Origin: Squalus acanthias | Lineage: Eukaryota | NCBI GenBank assembly: GCA_030390025.1 | Contig: CM059438.1 | Location: 59,026,001-59,090,000, forward strand | DNA: 64,000 bases | Direction of reading: 5' to 3' | In this document: positions 13,280-25,839 of the stretch, piece after piece | Position numbering within the stretch: the stretch's first letter is position 1 | Layout: each line of letters begins with the position of its first letter | Made by a program: the position numbers and the translations under genes | Notes under the pieces: generated by a model | The model's database searches: none | What the model saw: the letters and a program-made list of their open reading frames with translations, nothing else | Told to the model about the DNA's origin: nothing

Positions 13280-14440
13280 ATGGGAGCTGTACTAACTCGG
13301 GGCCTCGTCCTCCAGCTTCACCGTCGGAGGTAGCGGAGGCGGAGAGAGAGAGTGGAAAACGTGGCCAGAGGGAGGAGGGCCAACAGGGCTCTGCACAGGA
13401 GGCCTTACCCTCCCAGGGTATTCCAGGAGCAATTCTCCTACATTCATTTGTCCGAGGAGCAGTGTTTTCGAAGGCTTTGCTTCAGCAAGGAGGTGGTCAC
13501 AGAGCTCTGCCACCTCCTACAGCCAGAGCTCCAGCCTCAGCTCAGGACCAGGACGTCGCTGTCGGTGGCAGTGAAGGTGACGGTGGCTCTCAATTTCTAT
13601 GCCAGCGGCTCCTTCCAGGCTTCAACAGGGGATATTGCGAACATCTCCCAGTTCGCTGTTCATTGCTGCATCCGGGAGGTCAGAAATGCTCTGTACAAAA
13701 GGAGAAGGGAGTACATCTCATTCCCCATGACCTGAGACAAACAGCATGAACGTGCATGTGGCTTTGCTAGGATAGCGCGCTTCCCCAGGGTTCAGGGTGC
13801 CATTGATTGCACGCACGTGGCATTGCGGGCACCTCATCACAATGCAAAGGTTTTCTGCAACCGCAAAGGCTACCACTCTCTGAACGTGCAGTTGGTGTGC
13901 GACCACAGACAGCGCATCCTCGCCGTCAATGCCCGCTATCCTGGCAGCAGCCACGATGCATTCATCCTGTGCCAGACTGGTGTCCCAGACCTCTTCCAAC
14001 CACCGCGTCAACTTCGTAGCTGGCTCCTCGAGGACAAGGGCTATCCACTCTGCACCTGGCTGATGACACCGCTCCGTAACCCCAGCACTCCTGCTGAGCT
14101 CGCCTACAATGAGAGCCATAGCGCCACCAGGAACCTCATTGAACAGACGATCAGCGTGCTGAAGCAACGATTTCGGTGTCTTGACCACGCTGGAGGGGCC
14201 CAGCAGTACTCCCCTGATCGAGTATCGGTTTTCATTGTTGTGTGCTGCATGCTTCACAACCTCGCAATTCAGAGGACCCAGCCATTGCCACCAGGGATTG
14301 GTGGAACACCTCAGGAGGAGGAAGAGGGAGAAGAGGAGGAGGAGGAGGCGGAGGAGGAGGAGCAACAACAACGTGGGAGGGAGGCCTCTGCAAGAGCCAT
14401 CCGTGAATGCCTTCTGACGAATGACAGTGAAGGTGGCTTC
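13280..14440 (+). pseudogene. Family B DDE transposase with premature stops and a frameshift
   Basis: ATG GGA GCT at 13280; TAG near 13331; TGA at 13733; GAIDCTHV, SSHDAFIL, EDKGY, IEQTISVLKQRF. Confidence 0.9.
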
Positions 14441-14720
14441 TGGGATGAACAAGCACATCATCGCAAGCATCCCGCAGCCCCTACTGCCGGACAAAGCTCC
14501 AATGAGTCAAATGAGCAAAGTTGTAAAGTTCCAATAAAAATTTTTATTTTCTGACAAACTGTGACTTATTTATTCAGCGCAACCAATAACAAACAAAGAC
14601 AACAATTCATTAACTAACAAAACTCGTTCTTACCATATTGAGATAAACGTAGAGTGAACAATATATTTACATGAACATCAAACTTTGACACAAACATTCC
14701 CCCCATTTATTGGAGAATTT

Positions 14721-16619
14721 TTACTTTTTGCCCTTTGAGGGTGATCTCCATCCCCTGCGCACTTCTCCCCTTCCCACCCTACTGCTCCTCTGTAATGGGG
14801 CCCCAGTGGCTGCAGCAAGGCTGGCGGAAGGCTGCTGAATGTTGGAACCAGAGACTGGAGATGGCCTTGAAGGACGCCCTCGACCAGCTCTGGGCCTGGA
14901 GGGCCCGGCTGCAGACTGCACCAACTCTGCATGGGCGGCAGCAGTCTGGGCTGGCTGGGTTACAGGCTGCGGCAAGTGCAATGACGGAGTGGCAGTGGTG
15001 GGAGCAGGAATGTTGTCATCCTGAGAGAGGACAGCACCTTCCTGCTCGACCGACACACTGGCACTCCCCCAGGGCAGAACCACAGCATCCGGAGCAATCT
15101 GCTCGAACACAGATTGCTGGCCTGCTGCAGTACTGTGAGATCCCCGGTGGACTGTGGGCGACCCAGCGAGGATGGCAGCAGTCAGCGCTTGCGTGGCATC
15201 AATCTGAGACTGCATGAGAGCAGTCTGAGATTGGACGGCACCAGCCAATGACACGATTGCAGCACAAACCATTGCGTTGCCTCAGCCTGTGCTGCAATAG
15301 ATGCTGCCACCTCACCCATTACACGTGGCATGGGGTCTGGGTCCCCACGGTCTCCCTGCAAGTCAACCATCCTCTGCAACGAGGCTAGGAGGTGTTCGAG
15401 GGTTTGCGTACAGATGACAGCTATGCTGGCGGCGGACTCCTCCACACTCCTAGCCAGTGCATCCATGCTCTCGGGCACCTTTGCCATTGCACCCATGAGT
15501 TCAGTATGCATGCTCACAGCCTGAGTATTCATGGCCGCTATATCGAGGTCCTCATCCGAGTCCTGTGCAGCAGAACTCGTGCGTGCACTCACCCTCCGGG
15601 GAGATGGCCCCTGAGCTTCCCTTCCCCCGTGGCGTTGCTGCAGCCCGCTGGATCCCGGAGCTTCACCCACATCAGATGTAAACCCCCTGCTCCCCTCCAG
15701 GGAATGCGTGGCCCCAGTGTCGGAAGTGTCGCACTCGGGAGACGCAGGCGGTGAGGCTCCGGCTTTGTCTTCCTCCTCCTCTGGCGCGTCGCTGCCACTG
15801 GGAGGCTGAGGGACAGGCTGGTTAGCTGGTGGCTCACTATCTGAAAGCAAGAAAGCACAAGAGTGATTTTAACGTGAGGGCAGGGGGGCAGGAAGGGAGC
15901 AAGGAATGGAGACAGTACAGTTAGATGGAAAGTGGGAAAGGCTGGTATCGTGAGGGGAAAGTGGTATGTGAGAAGAGAGAAAGCTGATTAATATACCATT
16001 GCTGTCCCCAATCTCCAACGTCCACGGCGCCAACTACATGACTGGCAATGAGTCTGTGGATTCTCTCCTCCAATTGTGTGAGGGGTTGCAGCTCCGCCTG
16101 TCCTCCTCCCGTCTGTTGTTGCTCCCTCCGGTTATGTGAAAGCTTGACCTGCAAGGAAAAGGACAGCGTGTGAGTGAGTGTGCAGCCATGTGTTTGGCAG
16201 ATGTGCCTACCGTAGTTGAATAGCCGTTAATGTCTGCAAGGTGTGGGATGTACATCTGACTTTTATGAGATGGGCATTGTTGTTGGGTGAGTGTTGGGGA
16301 TTTGGAGATTTACACCGTCTGTGCACAGAGTGAGGTTGAGATGGTGGGATGTCGAGGTATTTCAAGCATCTACTCACCCTGACCACCCAAGTGAGGTCGT
16401 TGAACTTCTTATGGCACTGGGTATGAGTCCTTTGGACCAGGCTCCTCGATGACACATGCTGGGCAACCTCCCTCCACACCCTTGTAAACTCTCGGGGCAA
16501 TGGCCTCCTGCCAGTGTCTGGAAACAGCACTGCCCGGCGCCGTTCCACAGCCACAACCAGAGCCACCAATGCCTGGTCGCTAAACCGGCGAGCTCTCTCC
16601 CTGGGCCTCTGAGTATCAT
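14721..16619 (-). pseudogene. Family B Myb/SANT gene, 3 exons (about 16619-16378, 16148-15997, 15840-14721), frameshifted
   Basis: RFSDQALVALV...WREVAQHV...QCHKKFNDL; GT/AG sites equivalent to the intact copy at 56185-58007. Confidence 0.85.
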
Positions 16620-17051
16620 AAATCTTTGATGAAGATTTTTTTAACTGCTTGCAGGCTGATGTCAAATGCAGCAATGATCAGGGTGAGGCTGTGCAGCATG
16701 ATGGACCCTCCCCTTTAAGAAGTGGACGGTGCCAGTCTGTCTGAGTACAAGGTAATTGACAGTGCCTGAGCTTGAGTAGCGCTCTGAGGTAGTGCCCCCG
16801 TTCCCCGATGCTGGCACCCTGAGAGAGGTGTGTTGCGCCTGATTTAGCGCTCCAATCACCTCCAGGGGTGCTGGAGACGAATTTTGCGGTCGGCGGCGAT
16901 AATTAGCACCGGGCGGTAAAATATGCGCCCGGCCGATATTAGCACCCCAAAATGGTCGATACCCAATTTTTCCCCCAATGTCTCTTGACATCAGCCCCCA
17001 TACGAGTGACTGATGAATGCCATGTAGCTGTATGGAAACTGATTGTGTCAC

Positions 17052-17765
17052 CAGGTTGCTGTGGGCCGCCCCTCGCTCCGTCCCCCACTGCCAGCTGGTC
17101 ACCCAGTCCAGTGATCTCCAGGGCTCCGAGGGATGCAGGGCCTTCTCCCGTTCTCTGCCTCTCCCTCGTGTTGTGGGCTCTCTTTTCCTGCAAGGAGGGA
17201 AAGAAGAGAAGGTTGAGTGAGAGTGATGGAATGAGTGTGAGGAATGGAAGGGTTACATGTGTGGAGGGTGACTATGATGGAATGGGGTGGCAATACCAAG
17301 TGGCCTCTTTGTGTGTTGTTAGTTGGTATGCTTGCACTAGGATGAGGGTGAGTGTGAGGGGCTGTTAGTAAGATGGGGATGTGATAATGTAGATAGAGAG
17401 AGAGAAGGATGGGTGGAGGTGCAAGGGATGTTGGTGTGTCTAAGGATGTGCAGGAGTAGGGCTGGGAAGGCAGAGTGATGGGGATGTGATGAAAGGCACA
17501 GCAGGATGAAGATGAGTGTGGCTTTGTACTCACTTTACCTGATCTTAGAAGATCACTGAAGCGCTTGCGGCCCTGCACCCAGGACCTCATGACCACAGCC
17601 CTGCTCGTCACCTTCTGCGCAATCTAGAGCCAGGCTGCCTTGGTCTCCTGGGGAGGTCTCTTGCGGCCACTGACAGGGAAGAGGACCTCCCTGCGTGCTC
17701 GGACTCCCTCCACAAGCACATGGAGGAAGTCATTAGAGAATCGTGGAGTAGCCCTCTGCCTCTGC
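17052..17765 (-). pseudogene. Family A Myb/SANT gene, exons 1-2
   Basis: PRFSNDFLHVLVEGV...AW*IAQKV...RSWVQGRKRFSDL then donor GTGAGT (17533); exon 2 EKRAHNTRERQRTG. Confidence 0.75.
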
Positions 17766-19525
17766 GAACTCAGGTTAATTACAAACAAGCACTCACTGTA
17801 GCTTCCCCACTCCGAGATGAACCTTCAAATGTAATGTGGCCATGGCCCCCTTTAAATATACCGGCACCAAATGCATCAGCGCTGACGTCACCAAACCCGC
17901 ACCTTTTAATTGGGCCGGGTAACACGCTGGGCGGGCTTAACAAGCCCCATTACGGCAAAGTTTATTTTTGCAGCGGGATGTAGGCAGCAACGGGCTCATG
18001 GCTGGCCACGGACCCCGACGGCACCGGGCCCGCCCAGGTAGGGAAAATCGCGGCCTATATTCTAGTCTCCATGCGCCAGGATCTGCCTGGAGTGGGGCTC
18101 GAACCCTTCACTTCCCAACTCAGAGGCAGAGAATGCTCCCACTGAGCCAAAGGCTCCCTCCTCCAAACTGGAATGAACTTTCCCACAAAGTATTAAACAG
18201 GAATTAAACTTCCCTCGCTAAAAATTAAACTGGAATAAACTCCCTCCAAAATTATTAAATGGGAAGAAATTCGCCCCCCCGCAAAAAATTAAATGGTGTT
18301 GCAGGGTGATTGAGGACCCTGATTCACGAGGAAGGGTAGGGCCCCTTTAAGAACCTCCCCTTTAAAGATAATTGCCTTTTCCCAATCTCTCAATTAGCTC
18401 ATCCACCCGGAGCATTGGGTAAGCATTGAGTTTGGATACCTCATTGAGTCTCCGAAAGTCAGTATCTGTCAGTTCCTGTCAGATTTCGAAACTAAAGCAA
18501 TCACACCGCATTGCAACGTCCTCTTAATCTCCTGGCTAACTTCCCTCAGTTTGGCTTCTGGGATTTGGGAAGGTCTTACCTTTGCCACCCCGGGTGCAGT
18601 CACCAGGTCGCCCTCGTCCTCCCGGGTCGAGATGTGAATACATCGTGGTTCTGGTGTACCATGTCCTGAGCCTGCCTATACTGATCCTCCATCAGAACTG
18701 TTTTGTACCTTGGAGCCAGGGCCCCCTAGTGGTTCCTCCATCACTGCGAGAGCCTCGCTTTCTCCATGGGGAGTCCCCTGATCCGTTAAGATCTCCTTTG
18801 GGATCCCTACTTCGGAGAACATCTTCACTAACTTGCCCGCTAAGGTTTTACAGGTTGTGTTCCTCAGTGGAATCGCCTTGGGATAAAACGTAGCACAGTC
18901 AACGACTACTAAAATACACTGGTGTCCACATGCTGACCTCTCCAGCAGTCCCACTAGGTCCATAGTGATCCTTTCAAAGGACACCTCAATTATTGGGAGA
19001 GGGACTAATGGAGCACTATAGTGAAGCCTGGGGCCACACAGCTGACACTCTGGACAGGAGGTACAGAACCAGCGTATGTCTTCATACACCGCTGGCCAGA
19101 AGAATCATCTCAACAGCCACTCCGGAGTCTTCTCCGCTCCCAGGTGACCTCTGAGTCGGTGCATTGTGAGCCAAGTCAAGGACTGTCCGCCTCTGTGTCC
19201 GTGGCACTCGCAGTTGCGTAACGGGATCCTATTTACCTCTTGCTTCACATTGTGTGGGACTGGATCATTTATCTGCTCCCATTGAAAGCCAAAAGTACAC
19301 ACATCCAGTGCCTTGAAATTTATCCTGTCCTCCCCTGGGCGGTCGGCCAGAGGAGCTCCTCTCCCGCCTCGTACCAAGCCCAGGTCCCGCCTCTGGGCTG
19401 GAGAAGCAGAGAGAATAGGGTCTTGGTCCCTGACTAACATGCTAGGCACCTCCTCCTTTCTTCCTCTCGTCTTTCCTCCATTCCCTTTTTGATTTTCTGG
19501 GTTTCCCTGGATCCCTGATACGCAG

Positions 19526-20815
19526 GATTACACAGAATATACAGCACAGAAACAGGCCATTCAGCCCAACCAGTCCATGCCGGTCTTTATGCTCCACTCC
19601 ACTTCCTCATCTAAATCTATCAGCATAACCCTCTATTCTCTTCTCCCTCGTGTGCTTAAGTAGCTTCCCCTTAAATGCATCGATATTATTCACTTCAACC
19701 ACTCCCTGTGGTAGTGAGTTCCACATTCTCACCACTCTCTGTTTAAAGGCGTTTCTTCTGAATTCCCTATTTAATTTCTTGGTGACTATCTTATATTGAT
19801 GGCCTCTAGTTTTGCTCTTCCCCACAAGTGGAAACATTCTCTCTGTATCTACTTTATCAAAACCTTTCATAAAGACATAATCTAGAAAAAAGAGACCCAG
19901 CCTGTTCATCCTGTCCTGATAGGTATAACCTTGCAGTTCTGGTATCATCCTGGTAAATCTTTTTTGCACCCTCTCCAGTGCCTCTTTATCCTTTTTATAA
20001 TACGGCGACCAGAACTGTACACAGTACTCCAAGTGTGGTCTACTCAAGGTTCGATACAGGTTTCGCATAACTTCACTACTTTTCAATTCTATCCCTCTAG
20101 AAATAAACCCTAGTGCTTGGTTTGCTTTTTTAAATGGCCTTATTGACCTGTGTCTCAACTTTTAATGATTTGTGTATTGGGACGCCCAGATCCCTTTGCT
20201 CCTCAGCCCCATTTAGATTCTTATTTTCCAAGTAATATGTGACCTTATTTTTCTTACCAAAATGTAATACCTCACACTTATCTGTGTAGAAATTCATTTG
20301 CCAATTATATGCCCATTCTGCAAGTTTATTAATGTCTTGTAATTTGTTGCAGTCCACCTCAGTATTGACTACCCCGCCGCCACCCGCCCCCCCCACCCAC
20401 CCCCCGCTCAATTTGGGGCCATCCGCAAATTTAGAAATTGTGTTTTTGATTCCAAAGTCTAAATCATTAATATGAATTGTGAACAACAGTGGTCCCAGCA
20501 CTGATCCTTGTGGGACTGCACTTTCTGCCACTCTGATTAGCTACCCTTTACCCATACTCTCTGTTTTCTGTCTTGCGGCCAGCCAGCGATCCATTCTGCT
20601 ACTTGTCCCTGACTCTGCATGCTCTGACCTTATTAGTCTATTATGTGGTTCCTTATTGAAGGCCTTTAGGAAATTTAGATGAATTACATCTACTGCATTA
20701 CCCTTGTCTATTCTCCCTGTTACCTTTTCAAAGAATCCAATAAGGTTGGTCAAGCAAGACTTTCCCTTTTGAAATCCATGTTGACTATTCATTATTGTAT
20801 TTTTGGTTTCTAAGT
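19526..20815 (-). mobile_element. CR1 LINE ORF2 fragment inserted in the Gypsy relic
   Basis: QHGFQKGKSCLTNL, VPQGSVLGPLLF, KFAD, RPHLEYCVQFWSP, WNSLP. Confidence 0.92.
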
Positions 20816-22274
20816 GTAAAGGCAACTCCAGATCTACAAAGGGGAGAGGCTCTAAATCTGCCCACTTTCTTGTAGGCAGTCTGTATCCGCTTCTTTCCGT
20901 TGTATCAGGGTATTAAACCCCCAGAAAACCCTCCCTAGTATTACAGGCCGAGGAAGCTTAGGTACCACCCCGGCCTTTACTTCCTAGGCCTCTCTCTTCA
21001 CTTCCACCTTGACCCAGATGGTGGGGTAATAAAATACATCCCATGTACACACATTATTCCAGTTTACTCCACATGGTCCAGATCTGAAATCCGCATTGGA
21101 CTCGAGGTAACCAGGGTTACTATACTCCAAGTCAGTAAGGGCCATTAACCCCTTTCCGTTCACCTTTATTGTTTCTAGGAAGGGGTGAGTGGCCTCCACA
21201 TGGCTCACAAGCTGCACTACCCAACTCAGGTAATCCCTGGTGGCATCCCCAGATTCCGAGGCTGCATTTCATGGGCTCCTCCTGGTTTGGGCAGTGTGTT
21301 GATACATCGCCCCACTCATCACACCAGTAACACTGGTACATTTTCCCTGGTTTCATGTTTCCCAAGGATTTGTAGTTATATGAGAGCAGGGTGCCTTGCC
21401 CTCCTGGTAGGACCAGGCGTTGAACCTGAGCCCATACCATTAAGGTGGCACCAGCCCTGGCGAGGATCTCCACCTTCACCTGTGGGCAGTTGGCCCCCAC
21501 TTGTGGTTCCAGGTCAAAGTATGAGCTCTGCACCGGGCTGCACGAGAGAGGACCACTCAGATCCTTGAGGCCCAGCAGGAGACTCAAATGTTTGACTTGA
21601 TACATATGGCCAAGCGGTGGCTTCAATCTGGCAGCAACTCCCCTACGAGCCCTTCCACCCCAGATCAGGAAGTGGGTAGGTCAAGGGGACTGGTGGAAAG
21701 ACAACTCGCTGCAGAGGAACTGGCCAGATCCGCTAAGTTCTTCAGGCCACGCAATCATGGGTGACCCCTGAGTCTATTCTGAGCACTGCCCGCTAAGAAG
21801 GGTGCCACAATGCCAGCCCATTGGTCTTGTGGCCACCTCTCCCGCTCGGCTCATCTTTCAAAGGCCAAGAGGTAAGCCTCCACATCATTCTCTGCAGTCA
21901 TTTTCTGCAGCATGAGACTGGCTCGGATAGGTTGGATGGGGGATTCCTGCCCCTCCATCCAGCCCTGCTGCTGTCTCAACTCAGCAATCTCTACACGACT
22001 CTAGGCAACCTGGTTCACCAGTAGTCAGGTGGTCTCCTGCTGGGCCTCAAGGATCTGAGTGGTTCTCTCTAGTGCAGCCCGGTGGAGAGCTCATGTGCTC
22101 CGCACCAGTTCTCTAAACATTTCCTCCATTGGGGTTGGTCTCTTTCTCTATTAAAGACTCAGATCCCACTGGTGTTGCCATGTGCTACAGGGTCCTACCA
22201 TCTCGAAGCCTCCTTTTCCTTACAAACAGTAATAATTGAACAGTCCAAGTTCCAAACACCTTTTAATGCACATT

Positions 22275-22650
22275 TAAAAAAAAATTCATTCCTGGGATCT
22301 GGGCGTCGCTGGCAAGGCCAGCATTTATTGCCTATCCCTAATTGCCCTTGAGAAGGTGGTGGTGAGCCACCTTCTTGAACCGCTGCAGTCCCTGTGGTGA
22401 AGGTACTCCCACAGTGCTGTTAGAGAGGGAGTTCTAGGATTTTGACCCAGCGACGACGAAGGATCGACGATATATTTCCAAGTCAGGATGGTGTATGACT
22501 TGGAGGGGAACTTGGAGGTGGTGGTGTTCCCATGTGCCTGCTGCCCTTGTCCTTCTAGGTGGTAGAGGTCACGGGTGTGGGAGGTGCTGCCGAAGAATCC
22601 TTGGTGAGTTGCTGCAGTGCATCTTGTAGATGGTACACACTGCAGCCACA
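22275..22650 (-). mobile_element. LINE 3' end (CR1-group) inserted in the Gypsy LTR
   Basis: Minus-strand tail GGTTCAAGAAGGTGGCTCACCACCACCTTCTCAAGGGCAATTAGGGATAGGCAATAAATGCTGGCC. Confidence 0.7.
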
Positions 22651-23524
22651 TAACACAAAGCAGGACCACACTGTACATCTTCAACTCTTCAATTCCCAGC
22701 CTCTTTCAGGGGCTACTTCTCTTGAACCTTCCCTTGGCTGGGGAAAGTCTCCACCCACTCCAGGTTCAATGATCTTTAATGGGGATGTTCTTAAAGGGGC
22801 CATACTCTTCCTCTGAGATCAGGGCCCTCAATCACCCTGCTACGATGGGAATCAATTCTCCCCAAATTATTAAATGGGAATAAACTCCCCCCCCCCCCCG
22901 CAATATTAAACAGAATTAAATTTCCCCGCAAATGTTATTACACCGGAAATCCCAAATCAGCATGGTAATGGACAGGGGCCGCAGGGAGTAGCTGTAGACA
23001 GACGACACGAACCCAGTGACCCCGGCAGCCCAACCTGCTGAGCGAGTGCAATGGAAAATGGAAATAATTCACTGTCAAAGTTACTGTGACGTACTGCCTT
23101 CAGCACGGTGAGCAATTATCAGTCCCGCAGCCGCTTAAAATAACCAGCAATTTAAACACTCTTCATTCAGGAATGTAACCAAAAAGCAAAAAAATCTGGG
23201 AGGAAGGACAAAGAAGGAAGCTTCGGCTGAGCCAGTGATCGTGTAAGGGCGGGAGAGAGAATGTGAGCGCTGTGCAGAGACAAATGTTGCTCCTTCCAGG
23301 GCTGTGCCAAAGGCCGTTTCACTTACATTTCCTGCAGCTTTTGGATCCAAGAAAGGCAAAATTGAAAGTTCCGGAAATGCAGAATTAGAATCTCGGCCCC
23401 TCACCGGACACTGGGCTGCCACTTCAGTCTTCAGCTCAGATCTGTGATATTTCTGTACATCCCCTCATCAACTAATACTGAAGCACTCCAGGTCAGCATA
23501 GTGTGACAGAAGCAACCAAAGCTA

Positions 23525-23788
23525 GCACTGTGGGATCATCAAACTCTGGTACCCCCCCTCAAATTAACTCTGGCACTGTGGGACCATCAAACTCTGGTAC
23601 CCCCCCTCAAATTAACTCTGGCACTGTGGGACCATCAAACTCTGGTACCCCCCCTCAAATTAACTCTGGCACTGTGGGACCATCAAACTCTGGTACCCCC
23701 CCTCAAATTAACTCTGGCACTGTGGGACCATCAAACTCTGGTACCCCCCCTCAAATTAACTCTGGCACTGTGGGACCATCAAACCCTG
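23525..23788. repeat. 48-bp minisatellite, about 5.5 copies
   Basis: GCACTGTGGGACCATCAAACTCTGGTACCCCCCCTCAAATTAACTCTG. Confidence 0.95.
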
Positions 23789-23790
23789 GG

Positions 23791-24126
23791 AGTGTGTGTG
23801 TCAATGGGAGTGTGTGGACTGGGTCAATGGGAGTGTGTGGGACTGGGTCAATGGGAGTGTGTGGACTGGGTCAATGGGAGTGTGTGGGACTGGGTCAATG
23901 GGAGTGTGTGGGACTGGGTCAATGGGAGTGTGTGGGACTGGGTCAATGGGAGTGTGTGGGACTGGGTCAATGGGAGTGTGTGGGACTGGGTCAATGGGAG
24001 TGTGTGGGACTGGGTCAATGGGAGTGTGTGGGACTGGGTCAATGGGAGTGTGTGGGACTGGGTCAATGGGAGTGTGTGGACTGGGTCAATGGGAGTGTGT
24101 GGACTGGGTCAATGGGAGTGTGTGGG
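23791..24126. repeat. 23-24-bp minisatellite, about 14 copies
   Basis: GTCAATGGGAGTGTGTGG(G)ACTGG. Confidence 0.95.
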
Positions 24127-24476
24127 GCTGAGAACCTTGTGTATGTTGGATGTCTCGATGTGCTGGGCTGATCGGAACCTGCCTGATTTACATATATTCA
24201 AATACCCTCGACTTGCAAATGCAGTTGTAGGAAACTGCCGGCATTTGGTTATTAGCCTGTGCTACAAAGAATGCCCCCATTGTCATTTGCCGCTCTGTTT
24301 ATAATAAGTGTAGAATGCCGTGTGAATGTGAAAGGTGGAGCCTCAGAGTAAAAACCAAAGACTGGAAGATACACGTTAGGACTTGATGGTTTGATGTTGA
24401 CTTCAACTTTCCGAGGCGCAGTGTGAAAAGTGGCAATCAAAGCCCATCGTTAACCGGAAACAGGATGGCCCAAACC

Positions 24477-24629
24477 CTGCCAGCCAGGGCGGGCAATGAC
24501 TGGCACCCAGAGGCCCTCAGACTGCCAGCCAGGGCGGGCAATGACTGGCACCCAGAGGCCCTCAGACTGCCAGCCAGGGCGGGCAATGACTGGCACCCAG
24601 AGGCCCGCAGACTGCCAGCCAGGGCGGGC
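24477..24629. repeat. 45-bp tandem repeat, about 3.4 copies
   Basis: CTGCCAGCCAGGGCGGGCAATGACTGGCACCCAGAGGCCCTCAGA. Confidence 0.95.
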
Positions 24630-24794
24630 CTTATTGCAACTGTCTGGAGAGACAGCGATACCTGCGTCCTCTCCTTGCCGCCCACTAGTGCTGTGCACAG
24701 GCTCAGCGGTGCCACCGATCGGTGTCTGTACAGACCAAATAGTCCCAACCAGGTCTTGGAAGCCTTGTGTCAGTGTGGTGTTCAGGCTGACCTT

Positions 24795-25153
24795 GACTAA
24801 TAATCAGAGAACATGAGTTCAAATCCCATCCTGGTAGTTTTGAGAATCGGAATTCAGTTTAAAAAATCTGGAAATAAGAAGCTGGTATCAGTAAAAGTGA
24901 CCATGAAGTTTTTCAAATTGTCGTAAAAACTGAACTGGTTCACTGATGTCCCTTTAGGGAAGGAAACCTGCCATCCTGACCAGGTCTGGCCTATATGTGA
25001 CTCCAGTCCCACATCAACGTGGCTCTTACCTGCCCTCTGAAGTGACCTAGCAAGGCACTCAGTTGTATCAAATCGTTACCCAGTTGTTCAAGGCTACCAC
25101 CACCACCCAAGGCAACTAGAGATGGGCGAAAGATGCCCATATCCTGAGAATGT
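24795..25153 (+). mobile_element. tRNA-derived SINE (third family)
   Basis: B box GAGTTCAAATCCC; core TCTGGCCTATATGTGACTCCAG; tail resembles the LINE tail at 22275-22390; second copy at 27965-28275. Confidence 0.7.
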
Positions 25154-25352
25154 ATCAGAACAAAAAGCTTGTAGCTGCCACTCCAGAAACCAACAATGTC
25201 CTTAGAAGCTGGTGATGACCTCTTGACCCTGCAGAAATCTCCCAAGCAGTCCCAGTCTCTCGGGTGTTCGGCAGGTCGAGAAACCTCCTGCCACGTGTGG
25301 CAGATGTGGGTCGTGGACTCCTCCAACTTGACCACCATCGCAACCATCTGCA

Positions 25353-25836
25353 TTGGAAGCAGTTCAGAGAAGGTTTACCAGACTAATACCTGGAATGGGC
25401 GGGTTGTCTTATGAGGAAAGATTGGACAGGCTAGGCTTGTATCCGCTGGAGTTTAGAAGAGAAAGAGGTGACTTGATTGAAACATGTAAAATCCTGAGGG
25501 GTGGATGTGGAGAGGATGTTTCCTCTTGTGGGAGAATCTAGAACTAGGGGGTCACTGTTTAAAAATAAGGGGTCGCTCGTTTAAGACAGAGATGAGGAGA
25601 AATTTTTTCTCACAGAGGGTCGTGAGTCTTTGGAACTCTCTTCCTCAGAGGGCGGTGGAAGCAAAGTCTTTGAATATTTTTAAGGCAGAGGTAGATAGAT
25701 TCTTGATAAGCAAGGGGGTGAAAAGTTATCGGGGGTAGGCAGGAATGTGGAGTAATCAGATCAGCCATGATCTTATTGAATGGCGGAGCAGGCTCGAGGG
25801 GCCGAGTGGCCTAATCCTGCTCCTAATTCGTATGTT
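25353..25836 (+). mobile_element. CR1 LINE 3' fragment
   Basis: EAVQRRFTRLIPGM...RNFFSQRVVSLWNSLP and tail. Confidence 0.9.
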
Positions 25837-25839
25837 AAT

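Larger units (their letters stand above)
12895..16976 (+). mobile_element. PIF/Harbinger family B, copy B1 (left TIR lost)
   Basis: Starts at the position equivalent to 41359 of copy B2; right TIR AATTTTTCCCCC ends at 16976. Confidence 0.88.
11533..18055 (+). mobile_element. PIF/Harbinger family A, copy A2 (internally deleted; hosts copy B1)
   Basis: TIRs GGCCGAGATTTTCC (11533-11546) and GGAAAATCGCGGCC (18042-18055), 13/14 match; flanks CAT/TAT. Confidence 0.88.
18297..22844 (-). mobile_element. Degenerate Gmr1-type Gypsy LTR retrotransposon (gag-PR-INT-RT') with inverted termini
   Basis: PBS-like TGGCAACACCAGTGGG near 22181-22166; gag start MEEMFRELV; degenerate zinc knuckle CYWC...HC; protease KVNGK..ALTD; integrase H..GHLG..C..C, MDLVG, ILTDQG; RT DFRRLNEVSKLNAYPMLRVDELIERLG; TSD ATGG. 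Confidence 0.85.

Noticed and set aside
25196..25352. Coding-looking GC-rich stretch
   Set aside because: Short, wedged between repeats, no recognisable domain or splice pair
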